DNA of 64,000 nucleotides from SAR324 cluster bacterium (GTDB lineage: Bacteria; SAR324; NAC60-12): the NCBI GenBank assembly GCA_015231825.1, contig JADGAV010000008.1:78515-142514 (forward strand), read 5' to 3'. Below the pieces are notes generated by a model, which was given only the letters and a program-made list of their open reading frames with translations, did not search any database and had not been told where the DNA came from. Shown piece by piece: positions 48,436 through 57,776 of this stretch. Position 1 is the stretch's first letter; each line of letters starts with the position of its first letter. The translations under genes were made by a program, and so were the position numbers.

Positions 48436-49671
48436 TCATTGATAAAGCTTGTGAGGTTCTTCAACTCCCCCCCTGTCTTTCCCAAACGAAATCAAATCTT
48501 TCAATAAATGGATGTTCCGTTGAAAAAGACGTTCCATCCAGTGTCGATGATCATGGGTTTTAATTTCAATGACGTCAAAATCTTTCATTTTCGAGGTCAA
48601 ATAGTCATCTGAGGTCATGATTTCATCCACCAATCCTCTTTCGTAAGCCTGGGAGGCCAGCCAATAGTCTCCTGTGGCAACTTCTTCGATGTTCAAATCC
48701 TTGCGATTGTCAACAACATGCTGTTTGAATGCCTTGTGAATGTCCTCAAGATCTTCCTGAAATTTTTGTTTTCCCTCTTCGGTGACCTCCGAAAAGGGTG
48801 TCACCGTCCGTTTGTACTTTCCGGCGGTGAAGAGATAGTAATCTATGTCATGTTTTTGAAATACTTTATGAAAATTCGGTATTCCCGCTACCACCCCGAT
48901 CGATCCGATAAAGGCAAAAGGAGAAGCGACAATTTTATCTGCAACGGCAGCCATCATGTAGCCACCACTGGCTGCAATCACGTCAACACAAACAGTGAGG
49001 GATAATCCTTTATTCTTTAGCCGTGCCAGTTGTGCACTGGCCAGTCCATAGTGAGCAACTGCACCTCCAGGACTGCTTAAACGCACAACGATTTCATCTG
49101 CAGGAGAAGCGACTTGGAGCAGGAGGGAGATTTCTTCTCTCAAATGTTCCACCCCATGTGCCATAATGTCTCCAACAAAGCTAAGCACATAGACTTTTGC
49201 TGTGTGTTTTTTGAAGATCTCCGTGCTTTTCATGTTTGTGCTCAACTGATCTTTTACCTTCGCCAGAATATTGTTTGCTTCCTCCTTCTTTTGATGCGCT
49301 TCTTCTTTCTTTTCTTTCTTATTATTTTTTTTAAGCAGTTTTAATACTCCTTTGGGGAGCGGACTCTCTTCACTCGTCAACTTTTCCAGTTTATGCAAAT
49401 CTTTTTCAAAACGATTGTTGAGCCGTTTGAAACCAATATAACCTTCTTTAGATTTGAAAGGTTTTCGAAAAAACAACAATTTCAGAATCAGCAGAAGTCC
49501 TGCTAATGCGAACAATGTCACGCCTACATAATAAAAAGTATAGTGCTCAACGAAAAATTCACTCATAATCGTTTTCTTTCTTCTTTGTATTTTTCCGGAT
49601 TTCTGCCGCGTCACAGTCGCATGGAAACGGAAGTTCCAGATTTCGGAATTGGGAATAAAAGGTATCTTCAA
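48436..49671 (-). CDS. S49-family serine peptidase (SohB/SppA-like) with an N-terminal transmembrane anchor
   Basis: The catalytic region is SPGGAVAHYG...AASGGYMMA...IGSIGVV, with an N-terminal hydrophobic helix. Confidence 0.85.
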   Translation of the reverse strand: MKIPFIPNSEIWNFRFHATVTRQKSGKIQRRKKTIMSEFFVEHYTFYYVGVTLFALAGLLLILKLLFFRKPFKSKEGYIGFKRLNNRFEKDLHKLEKLTSEESPLPKGVLKLLKKNNKKEKKEEAHQKKEEANNILAKVKDQLSTNMKSTEIFKKHTAKVYVLSFVGDIMAHGVEHLREEISLLLQVASPADEIVVRLSSPGGAVAHYGLASAQLARLKNKGLSLTVCVDVIAASGGYMMAAVADKIVASPFAFIGSIGVVAGIPNFHKVFQKHDIDYYLFTAGKYKRTVTPFSEVTEEGKQKFQEDLEDIHKAFKQHVVDNRKDLNIEEVATGDYWLASQAYERGLVDEIMTSDDYLTSKMKDFDVIEIKTHDHRHWMERLFQRNIHLLKDLISFGKDRGGVEEPHKLYQ

Positions 49672-49816
49672 GCGAGAAAGAATATCCTACTTGTGCGTTC
49701 ATTTCAACCATCTTAAATGATAACGCAAGGTCCTTTCCGGCAAAATCAATTTCAGGGTTGTGGGGGAGAGGGTTTAAATCAGGGGAGGAGAATGATGACC
49801 TTCATGATTTAAGAAC

Positions 49817-50665
49817 TCAGCTGTTTTTCTGAAATAAATTCAAATAGTCTTCAACGACCTTTGCGGAAGGTAACTCCAAACATCGGGCGTAGGCATTGAC
49901 AAAGCTTTTCAAATAGACTGGAGCCTTCGGCAGCTTGACAAAATCTTCATTTTCAATGGCGCTCAAATACAATTGGCGGACACACGTTTCATGGGCCATT
50001 TCTTCGATGGTGATGGATTTCATTTCCCGAATCTGTTGGAGTGTGTTCCCGTTGTAAACTTCAACAGATGCTATAACCGGCTGCACTTTTTCATTCGTTT
50101 CTTTGTTTTTTTGAGCAATGGACTTCCGAATGTCAGCACGCTCTTCTAGATGCTCTGCCAGCAATTCAGAAATAGCTTTGGAATTTGATGAAGTTTCCAA
50201 ACGTGGTGAATTTTGATTCTCCATGGATTTTTTTTCATTAGGGGAACTCGGTTCTGATTGGATTTCCTGCTGATTGACTCCATCGGTTTCTGCATGAGCA
50301 ATTTTCTCTTTGTCTTTTTCAGAAGCATCAGAGGGATTCAAGTCCTGAAATCGAAAGGGAAGGTTATTGTTGGCAAGACTTCCCTTTTCCCGAAAACGAT
50401 CCGTTTCAACAGATGACTGAGGTGTTTTCTTTGATAGGGATTGATCATAAAATGCACGTGAAACCGGATCAATCAGGGTCATGTAGGCGTGTGTGATTTT
50501 TCTCAGAATCTCATCATTCTCTTCTTCTGAGTACAAGGAATAGGTGGCCAGCGAATCAGACATATAGGTTTGCGTTGCCAATTCATAGGCAGCGCGGATT
50601 TCTTCAGACGTCGCATTTTGAGCAACATTCAAAGTCTGATAATAATTTTCTTGTTCAATCACCAT
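49817..50665 (-). CDS. Protein with an N-terminal J-domain-like fold lacking HPD and a C-terminal HTH_25/RodZ-like helix-turn-helix
   Basis: The N-terminus (NYYQTLNVAQNATSEEIRAAYELATQTYMSD) follows J-domain helix II, but HPD is replaced by MSD. The C-terminus (TLQQIREMKSITIEEMAHETCVRQLYLSAIENEDF) is an XRE/RodZ-type HTH. The middle is acidic and low-complexity. The gene sits 4 nt downstream of the ATPase gene. Confidence 0.55.
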   Translation of the reverse strand: MVIEQENYYQTLNVAQNATSEEIRAAYELATQTYMSDSLATYSLYSEEENDEILRKITHAYMTLIDPVSRAFYDQSLSKKTPQSSVETDRFREKGSLANNNLPFRFQDLNPSDASEKDKEKIAHAETDGVNQQEIQSEPSSPNEKKSMENQNSPRLETSSNSKAISELLAEHLEERADIRKSIAQKNKETNEKVQPVIASVEVYNGNTLQQIREMKSITIEEMAHETCVRQLYLSAIENEDFVKLPKAPVYLKSFVNAYARCLELPSAKVVEDYLNLFQKNS

Positions 50666-50669
50666 CGAT

Positions 50670-51593
50670 TCAGGAAAGTTTTTCCGATTCTAAAAACCGG
50701 CCGTACAATAAATTGTCACAGACTTCAAGAACTCCAGAAGCAAATGAACTCTGTGGGAAAATTTCAAGCAATGGTTGTCGTTTAATGATTGATTGACGCA
50801 CATTGTCATCGTATTCAATAGATCCAGCAAAATCGAGTTGGATGCCAAAATATTTGGCACATGCATTTCTCATCGCAAATCCTATTCTACGATCTTTACT
50901 GGAGCGAATTTGATTGACAATCAATTTTGGATTGAAAGTGAGAACCTGTTCATCAACAAACTCACCAATCTCACTCCCCATCGTTCTTAAATGAGCAAGA
51001 AATTCATGAGGATTGCGAAATCCCAAACGGTCACTTTGTCCGATTGTTTGATCGACAATGCTGCGAATGCTGGAGTTCGGACTTTTCTGCCGAATTTGGC
51101 GGTAAAACGAACTTTTTACAAAGCGGTAAGCATTTTCAATTGATGTCGGTTCCGGGACAACAACAATCACCTGAATATCCGCTGCCAGAAAAAAATCCAG
51201 CGTATTAAAGTTACTCCCTGCCCCCAAATCAAGAATTATGTGCTCTGTCTCCAGATTTCGGATTGCACGAAGAATTTTTAATTTCTGAGTGTGTTTGGGA
51301 TTCGACACATTCAAACTATCCCTGGCACCGCTAATCAAACTTAAATAGGGAAATGTTGTTGGAACCACCACGTCCTTCAGCTGCCGAATATGTTTTGATA
51401 AAAAATCCGACAGGCCCATTTGGGGATTTGCAATCCCCAGGCATGTGTGTAAATTGGCTCCACCAAGATCACTGTCAATCAAGACAACCTGCTTCCTTTT
51501 TTTTGCCAGAGCGATTCCAAGATTTCCACTTAAAACACTTTTGCCGACTCCTCCTTTGCCGCCGCCGATTGCCCAGATAATTGGTTTTTTCAT
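50670..51593 (-). CDS. MinD/ParA-superfamily P-loop ATPase (FlhG/FleN/MinD-like)
   Basis: It has a deviant Walker A (IGGGKGGVGKS) and a Walker B (ILDLGAG). The product is 307 aa. Confidence 0.85.
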   Translation of the reverse strand: MKKPIIWAIGGGKGGVGKSVLSGNLGIALAKKRKQVVLIDSDLGGANLHTCLGIANPQMGLSDFLSKHIRQLKDVVVPTTFPYLSLISGARDSLNVSNPKHTQKLKILRAIRNLETEHIILDLGAGSNFNTLDFFLAADIQVIVVVPEPTSIENAYRFVKSSFYRQIRQKSPNSSIRSIVDQTIGQSDRLGFRNPHEFLAHLRTMGSEIGEFVDEQVLTFNPKLIVNQIRSSKDRRIGFAMRNACAKYFGIQLDFAGSIEYDDNVRQSIIKRQPLLEIFPQSSFASGVLEVCDNLLYGRFLESEKLS

Positions 51594-51892
51594 AGGACTC
51601 TGCCTTCAACTGTGAAGAGGAGATGATACAAACAATTTAACAAGTTTATAAGCAAATTACTGACCATACTGATCCGGCAGGCATTTTCCATGCAACCAGA
51701 ATCAATTTATTGAACGCCGGGCACCATTCTGTTGCCATCAAGAATCTGAATGAATACTAAACCCTTTCTGGAATTTTTAGTATTGAATTAGGACTAAAAC
51801 AGTGCTATTTTATAAAACTTAAATTTTTGGAACTTTTCGTGAAACTCGGTACACCCACAATACGATGCTTTAAACTGACGAGATATTTCCAG

Positions 51893-51924
51893 GCGATATT
51901 CAGTCAACGTCAATCGATATTCAG
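51893..51924. promoter_or_regulatory. Tandem direct repeat upstream of the ferredoxin-glutaredoxin operon
   Basis: CGATATTCAG occurs twice, at 51894-51903 and 51915-51924, so the copies start 21 bp apart (two helical turns). The second copy ends about 55 bp upstream of the ferredoxin ATG. Confidence 0.25.
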
Positions 51925-51979
51925 CAACCGCTAATCCGTGTAATGACAGTCTTTCAGAAAAAAATAAGGCAGTAACTTT

Positions 51980-52231
51980 ATGGCAGAATTGGCACTGATG
52001 TGGCCTGAAAATGCAGCAGGCAAATATTACGTGGATCAAGAATGTATCGATTGTAATTTATGCTCTGAAATCGCCCCTGACAATTTTAAAGTCAATGAGG
52101 AAGATGGTCATGATTATATCTATAAACAACCGTCTTCGATCGAAGAAGAAGAGCTGTGTATTGAGGCAATGGAATCATGTCCTGTGGAAGCCATTGGAGA
52201 CGATGGTGATGCATCCGGGAATATGCAATAA
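51980..52231 (+). CDS. Small ferredoxin with 4Fe-4S-type cysteine motifs
   Basis: The 83-aa product has the cluster motif CIDCNLCSEIAP plus a distal ...SCPVEAI. Confidence 0.7.
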   Translation: MAELALMWPENAAGKYYVDQECIDCNLCSEIAPDNFKVNEEDGHDYIYKQPSSIEEEELCIEAMESCPVEAIGDDGDASGNMQ

Positions 52232-52249
52232 CAATAGAAAGGAAAAAAT

Positions 52250-52969
52250 ATGAAATTCAAAGTTGTGTCCCCTGAATCTCAAAATTCGTCCGGAACTGGA
52301 CAGGGTGCTTCCGAACGTATTCAGTCAATGCTTGATCAAAACCCGGTCTTTTTGTTCATGAAAGGAAACCCGGACATGCCGCAATGCGGATTTTCCGCAA
52401 AAGTGACCCAAATCATGAGGTCATGGAATATCCCTTTTGAATCCTTTGATGTACTCTCTGACCACGAGATTCGGGAAGGTGTGAAATCTTATTCCAATTG
52501 GCCCACGATTCCTCAGCTTTATATCAATAAAAGCTTTGTTGGCGGATGCGATATCATTACCGAGTTGTCCGAAACCGGAGAATTGCTTCCGCTTCTCAAA
52601 GAAGTCTTCCCAGACCGTGAATTCACTCCACCTCCACCTCCGGCTAAAATCAAAGAAATTACTCCGGAAATTGCTGCAGAGCAAATGAAAAACAAAACGA
52701 ATGCCAGGCTGATCGACGTCCGTTCCCCGGAAGAATGGGACTATGTTCACCTGGAAAATGCACAGTTGATTGATGAAGCTCTTGTGGAAGAAATGCTTTC
52801 ATCCTGGGAACGAAGCACTCCGCTGATTCTGCTCTGCCACCACGGAAACAGAAGCCGTGACGCCGCGCGGTTTTTTATAGAGCAGGGCTTTCAGGACGTT
52901 TCAAATGTCGACGGCGGCATCGACGGTTGGGCCAAAACAGTGGATACGGCACTTCCTTTATACCAGTAA
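52250..52969 (+). CDS. Monothiol (CGFS, Grx4-type) glutaredoxin fused to a C-terminal rhodanese domain
   Basis: The Grx portion reads VFLFMKGNPDMPQCGFS...WPTIPQLYINKSFVGGCD. The rhodanese portion reads RLIDVRSPEEWDYVHLENA...LCHHGNRS with an active-site Cys. Confidence 0.85.
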   Translation: MKFKVVSPESQNSSGTGQGASERIQSMLDQNPVFLFMKGNPDMPQCGFSAKVTQIMRSWNIPFESFDVLSDHEIREGVKSYSNWPTIPQLYINKSFVGGCDIITELSETGELLPLLKEVFPDREFTPPPPPAKIKEITPEIAAEQMKNKTNARLIDVRSPEEWDYVHLENAQLIDEALVEEMLSSWERSTPLILLCHHGNRSRDAARFFIEQGFQDVSNVDGGIDGWAKTVDTALPLYQ

Positions 52970-53104
52970 CACTTGCTTTTATAGAGGAGTATTTGCTATC
53001 GGGGAAATTGACTGCATAGTTTTTCAGAAAAACCGCTTGATCTCCTCGAAATACTCCTGCAAAAAGTCTTTATTATTTTCTGATCTTCTCAATGTCTTAT
53101 TTAA

Positions 53105-53518
53105 ATGAGGAATGTCATGTCAACAACTGATCAAACTTCATGGATGACTCAGGCTTCCGAAGCAAAGCTCATTCTCACAGAAAAAGCTGCAAAAGTTTTT
53201 AAAGATGCATGTCTGGAAGAGGGGAATCCCATCGAAGATTCCTTCCTCAGAGTTGGTGCAAATCCGGGAGGATGCTCTGGCTATCGATACGAGTTGGGGT
53301 GGAATTCATCACAGGACGTTCAGGAAACCGATCTCAAATTTGTTTCCAATGGTGTCAACATTGTTGTCGATAAAATATGCCTGACAGAGATTCTGGGCTC
53401 TGTTGAAATTGACTATACTGACTCAAATATGGTAGAGCAGGGGTTCGTATTCAAGCAACTCAGAAATGGAAGTCAATGTGGTTGCGGAGAATCTTTTACG
53501 CCCGTTAAAGAATTATAG
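53105..53518 (+). CDS. Second A-type iron-sulfur carrier (IscA/HesB family)
   Basis: Cysteine motifs are GGCSGY and CGCGESF. The more likely start is the MSTTDQ ATG at 53117. Confidence 0.85.
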   Translation: MRNVMSTTDQTSWMTQASEAKLILTEKAAKVFKDACLEEGNPIEDSFLRVGANPGGCSGYRYELGWNSSQDVQETDLKFVSNGVNIVVDKICLTEILGSVEIDYTDSNMVEQGFVFKQLRNGSQCGCGESFTPVKEL

Positions 53519-53519
53519 T

Positions 53520-54158
53520 ATGCTTTTCCAGACAGTCGATTTCTTTGCCCAAGGCCTGTGCACCGCTTTTATGATCTACAAGTGGATCATAATTATTGCA
53601 ATTTTTCTCACCTGGGTCAGAGCTGATCCCCACAATCCGCTGGTTTTCTGGATCAACCGTGTCACCTATCCTCTTTGGGAATGGTGTTATCAGTGGACCC
53701 CAAGGTCCCTCAAACTGTTCAACGCCTATATTGCCTTACTTTTTGTAATTTTTCTGCATGCACTGATTCCTGCGTCACTGCACTCGATCAATCTCGCTTT
53801 ACATCCCGGTCCCTCCGACATATATTCCTCCACGTTTTTAGTTCAAATTGCAGGTCACATACTGCAGGGATTAGGAATCGTCTCCTACAGCATCGTCTGG
53901 TTCGGAATTTTGATTTTGGCCATCTGGTTTGTTTTAACCCTTGTTTCTCCTGCTGCCAACAATCCAATTGTGCAGGTCGTTTACATGCTGGCTGATCCAT
54001 TGATTACTCCAATTCAGAAGTATCTTCCCCGGATGCAGGTAGATCTATCCCCGCTGGTCGGCATCTTGATTTTTTATTTGATTTCACGCTATCCGATTTC
54101 TTATCTGATGTTTTATGGATCTCAACTGTCGTCACCGGTTCAAGTTTGCGCCTATTGA
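53520..54158 (+). CDS. YggT-family membrane protein
   Basis: Two YGGT-like transmembrane repeat units are present. The start at 53520 is 2 nt after the iscA stop. Confidence 0.65.
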   Translation: MLFQTVDFFAQGLCTAFMIYKWIIIIAIFLTWVRADPHNPLVFWINRVTYPLWEWCYQWTPRSLKLFNAYIALLFVIFLHALIPASLHSINLALHPGPSDIYSSTFLVQIAGHILQGLGIVSYSIVWFGILILAIWFVLTLVSPAANNPIVQVVYMLADPLITPIQKYLPRMQVDLSPLVGILIFYLISRYPISYLMFYGSQLSSPVQVCAY

Positions 54159-54350
54159 AGGGAGAAGAATGAAGCAGGGATATTTTCAGTGGAATGTCTA
54201 TCCTTTGCAAGTAAGAACCCGCTCGGGCAGACGACTGAACTGAAGGAATTCAGAATCTTTAAAACGAGAATTCTGCAGACACGGGAGGGAGGAAAATAAA
54301 AAAATTAAAATCCCCGCATCTCACTTCCATCAATTCGGACGATCATAAAT

Positions 54351-56561
54351 TTGGTAAATTTATTGAAACTCAGGCATGGAAGATGTATTTTCGACTTAAC
54401 GACTTTTCAAGTGGTAAATTTTTCTCACCTTTTTAAAAAAATGACCATGACATACAAAACACTTGCCTCATTCACCCTTGCCTTCCTGATTCTCAGCCAA
54501 TCCTTTCTTCTTGAAGCAAAAGAAGCCGCGGCACCACTTACAGGACGGAGTGTTGCCAGAATTGCTCAGCGTTTTGCAAGTATGCACTACTCTCAGCAGC
54601 CCATTGGCGACGAGATTTCTCAAAAGACTTTAAAAACCTATCTGAATCGAATCGATCCTGGACACTACTATTTCCTGGACTCTGATATTCAGGAATTTCT
54701 AAAGTATGAATACCGCCTGGATGATCTGCTGCTCCGACAGGGAAATGTCGAGTTGTCATTGCACATCTTCACTCGATTTAAAACACGGCTTTCGGAACGG
54801 TTGGACTATTTGGAGAGTCTGGAAAAAGAAACCTTTGATTTTAAGAAAGATGCGGCCTGGAAAATTGATCGATCTGAAGAACCCTATCCCAAAACAATGG
54901 AAGAGGCACAAAACCTTTGGAGATTGAAATTCAAATTTGATTTGTTGACCCTCACACTGGGCGGCAATACAATGGAAGAGGCAAAAGAACGTTTGCTGCA
55001 AAGAGCAAAATCCACCTGGAAAAACTATTCCCAGTATACAGACAACAATGTTGTTGCCCTGTTTCTCAATGCACTCACCAGTGCATTTGATCCCCATTCA
55101 ACTTACATGGAACCGAGGGATCAGGAAAATTTCGAGATCAATATCAAACTGTCCCTGGAAGGAATTGGTGCAGTTCTTCGTTGGGATGACGGTTACACGG
55201 TCGTCAATTCTATTGTTCCTGGAGGAGCAGCATTTCGTGAAGGAAGCTTAAAAGTCAGCGACAGGATTGTTGCGGTTGCACAAGGTGATGATCCATTTGA
55301 AAGCGTTGTTGATGTTCGATTAGGGGATGTGGTTCAGCTGATTCGTGGAAAACGCGGCACCCGGGTGCGGTTGCAGGTGATGAGGAAATCTGAATCAGGA
55401 GATGCGATTCACACCATCGCAATTGTTCGAGACAAGATCGTCCTCAAGGATGGAGAAGCAAAATCCTATACTTTGTCTCCCAAATCAACGGCCACCGAAG
55501 ATTTTCAAGCTCCGGAAGACTTCAAAGTCGGCCTGATCCATCTGCCTTCGTTTTATACCGACTTCGAAGGCCGCCGCAAAAATCTCCCCAATTATAAAAG
55601 CGCGACCCGCGATGTGAAAACCATTTTAGAACAGTTTATTGAGGACAAAGTCGATGGAGTTGTCCTGGACTTGCGCAACAATGGAGGAGGTGGGCTTGAT
55701 GAAGCCGTCGATATGGTCGGTCTTTTCGTTGGTAAAAAGCCTGCTGTTGTCATTCGAAACTCCTTTGGAGGCGAGGAAATCCGTACAGGCCGCCAAAAAC
55801 AAATCTATGCCGGTCCGCTTCTGGTATTGCTGAACCACTACAGTGCTTCAGCTTCTGAAATTTTGGCCGGTGCGCTGCAGGACTATGGGAGGGCAATATT
55901 GGTTGGAGACAAAACCACCTTTGGAAAAGGCACCGTGCAGAATATCTCAAGGCTTCCGCCAAACTTTGGTGCTTTGAAAGTGACCATTGCCCAATTCTAC
56001 CGGGTAGAAGGCGGTTCAACCCAAAACAAAGGAGTCGAATCTGACATTGTTTTACCCTCTCTCAACAATGTTTGGGAGATTGGGGAATCTCATCTGGAAA
56101 ATGCGCTTCCATGGAAAAAAATCAATGCGCTGAACTTTTCCCCGGACAATACGATTAAAAACTATTTACCCCAGTTGAAGTCGCTTTCTCAAAAAAGAAT
56201 CGACAACGATAAGGAATTCGTTAAAATCAAAAAAGATATCAATGAATACCTGACCAATGTTAAACCGCGCGAACTGACTACAATTTTAGGAATGCAAAAA
56301 GATTTTGAGAAAAATGAACGGGAACGCAAAAGCAAGAAAGAAGCAATAGAAAAACGAATTGCAGATGCTGCACATGGCCAGAAAATTCCTGATCCAGCAA
56401 AAAAACAGGAAAAAGGACTCGATACAGGTGAAAAACCTTCTTTTGACTATGGTGGAAAAGACCACATCCTCAAAGAAAGCCTATTTGTACTGGAAGATTA
56501 TATTCGCTATCTCCAGCAGTCTTCAACTGCTCAGGCTAAACTGAAACTCTCCCGGAACTAG
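54351..56561 (+). CDS. prc: Tail-specific (C-terminal processing) protease, S41 family, with a PDZ domain
   Basis: The PDZ domain is GIGAVLRWDDGYTVVNSIVPGGAA. The S41 core is VVLDLRNNGGGGL, with the catalytic Ser in YSASASEI. The likely start is MTMTYK at 54441, which gives a signal peptide. Confidence 0.88.
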   Translation: MVNLLKLRHGRCIFDLTTFQVVNFSHLFKKMTMTYKTLASFTLAFLILSQSFLLEAKEAAAPLTGRSVARIAQRFASMHYSQQPIGDEISQKTLKTYLNRIDPGHYYFLDSDIQEFLKYEYRLDDLLLRQGNVELSLHIFTRFKTRLSERLDYLESLEKETFDFKKDAAWKIDRSEEPYPKTMEEAQNLWRLKFKFDLLTLTLGGNTMEEAKERLLQRAKSTWKNYSQYTDNNVVALFLNALTSAFDPHSTYMEPRDQENFEINIKLSLEGIGAVLRWDDGYTVVNSIVPGGAAFREGSLKVSDRIVAVAQGDDPFESVVDVRLGDVVQLIRGKRGTRVRLQVMRKSESGDAIHTIAIVRDKIVLKDGEAKSYTLSPKSTATEDFQAPEDFKVGLIHLPSFYTDFEGRRKNLPNYKSATRDVKTILEQFIEDKVDGVVLDLRNNGGGGLDEAVDMVGLFVGKKPAVVIRNSFGGEEIRTGRQKQIYAGPLLVLLNHYSASASEILAGALQDYGRAILVGDKTTFGKGTVQNISRLPPNFGALKVTIAQFYRVEGGSTQNKGVESDIVLPSLNNVWEIGESHLENALPWKKINALNFSPDNTIKNYLPQLKSLSQKRIDNDKEFVKIKKDINEYLTNVKPRELTTILGMQKDFEKNERERKSKKEAIEKRIADAAHGQKIPDPAKKQEKGLDTGEKPSFDYGGKDHILKESLFVLEDYIRYLQQSSTAQAKLKLSRN

Positions 56562-56634
56562 GCCCACCTGCCACTGCATTCCAGAAACCTTTTTAAAAAG
56601 GCTTCTGGATGCAGGAAACTTCGATCGCAGCATT

Positions 56635-57648
56635 TCAAAGGTGGACCATCGCTTTCACCACACCGGATTCGGGTTTCAGCCAGTCTTGAAAATTTTCAAT
56701 CAAATCTGCAAATTCGCTATGATGTGTAATCAAACAGGACGATTTGGCCTGCTTGTTTTCCATTGAAGCAATCACCTGTTGGAAGTCCGCTTTTGTGGCA
56801 TTCCGACTACTCAGCAAGGTGGTTTCTCTTTTGTGAAACTCGGGGTCATTCAGACTGAAATCGCCGTCGAACAAACCGATATATACCATACGCCCTCCAT
56901 GCGCCAGGTAGTCGAGGGACTTTCGCATCGCCTGCGCATTGCCTGTCGCATCCATCACCACGTTGGGAAACATGCCGTCCGTGATTTGCTGAAGTTCTTC
57001 CCGTGCTTGAATGCCGGCATTGACGGTATACTCCACGCCCATTTCGTTTCTGCAATATTCCAGCCTGGCTTCATTAATATCCATCGCGATAACCTTGGCG
57101 CCTGAAAGCTTTGCAAACTGCATCGCACCCAGGCCGATAGGACCTGCTCCCACAACCAGGACATGCTCACCAGTTTCAACAAGCGCCCGCCGAACTGCAT
57201 GTGCTCCGATAGACAGGCATTCCACCAGGGCCATTTCATCCCACGAGAGAGAATCTGTTTTGATCAGATGATCGGTAGGAAGAGTGATCCATTCACGCAT
57301 TCCGCCATCCTGATGCACCCCGATCACCTGCATGTAAGTACAGCAATTGGTTTTTCCATTCCGGCAGGCAACACAGGTTCCGCATTCCAGATAAGGCACA
57401 ATGACCACGCGATCGCCTGCCTGCAGGCCATGATCGGGCCCCTCTATTTTTTCTATGATGCCTGCTAGTTCATGCCCCAAAACCCGGGGGTAGCTAAAAA
57501 ACGGCTGTCTGCCGTTGAATGCATGAAGGTCCGTTCCACAAATACCAATTTGCCTGATCTTGACAAGGGATTCTCCTTCCCGGGGGACCGGTTTGGGATG
57601 CTCTTTCCATTGAAAATCATGAGGTTTTTCACAAACGATTGCTTTCAT
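56635..57648 (-). CDS. Zinc-dependent medium-chain alcohol/polyol dehydrogenase
   Basis: Zinc ligands are ICGTDLH and GHE. The NAD-binding motif is VVGAGPIG, and the structural zinc cysteines are in CGTCVAC. Confidence 0.88.
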   Translation of the reverse strand: MKAIVCEKPHDFQWKEHPKPVPREGESLVKIRQIGICGTDLHAFNGRQPFFSYPRVLGHELAGIIEKIEGPDHGLQAGDRVVIVPYLECGTCVACRNGKTNCCTYMQVIGVHQDGGMREWITLPTDHLIKTDSLSWDEMALVECLSIGAHAVRRALVETGEHVLVVGAGPIGLGAMQFAKLSGAKVIAMDINEARLEYCRNEMGVEYTVNAGIQAREELQQITDGMFPNVVMDATGNAQAMRKSLDYLAHGGRMVYIGLFDGDFSLNDPEFHKRETTLLSSRNATKADFQQVIASMENKQAKSSCLITHHSEFADLIENFQDWLKPESGVVKAMVHL

Positions 57649-57776
57649 TTAATTTTTTCGAAATTTGGATTTATACAAAACCTTAGTCAAAGCGAAAAAG
57701 GGTTTTATGAAAGAGAATTTAATTTAAGAAGGACTGTGCAGTACTGAGTGCAAATGTTTGATCACTTAAAATCTGA

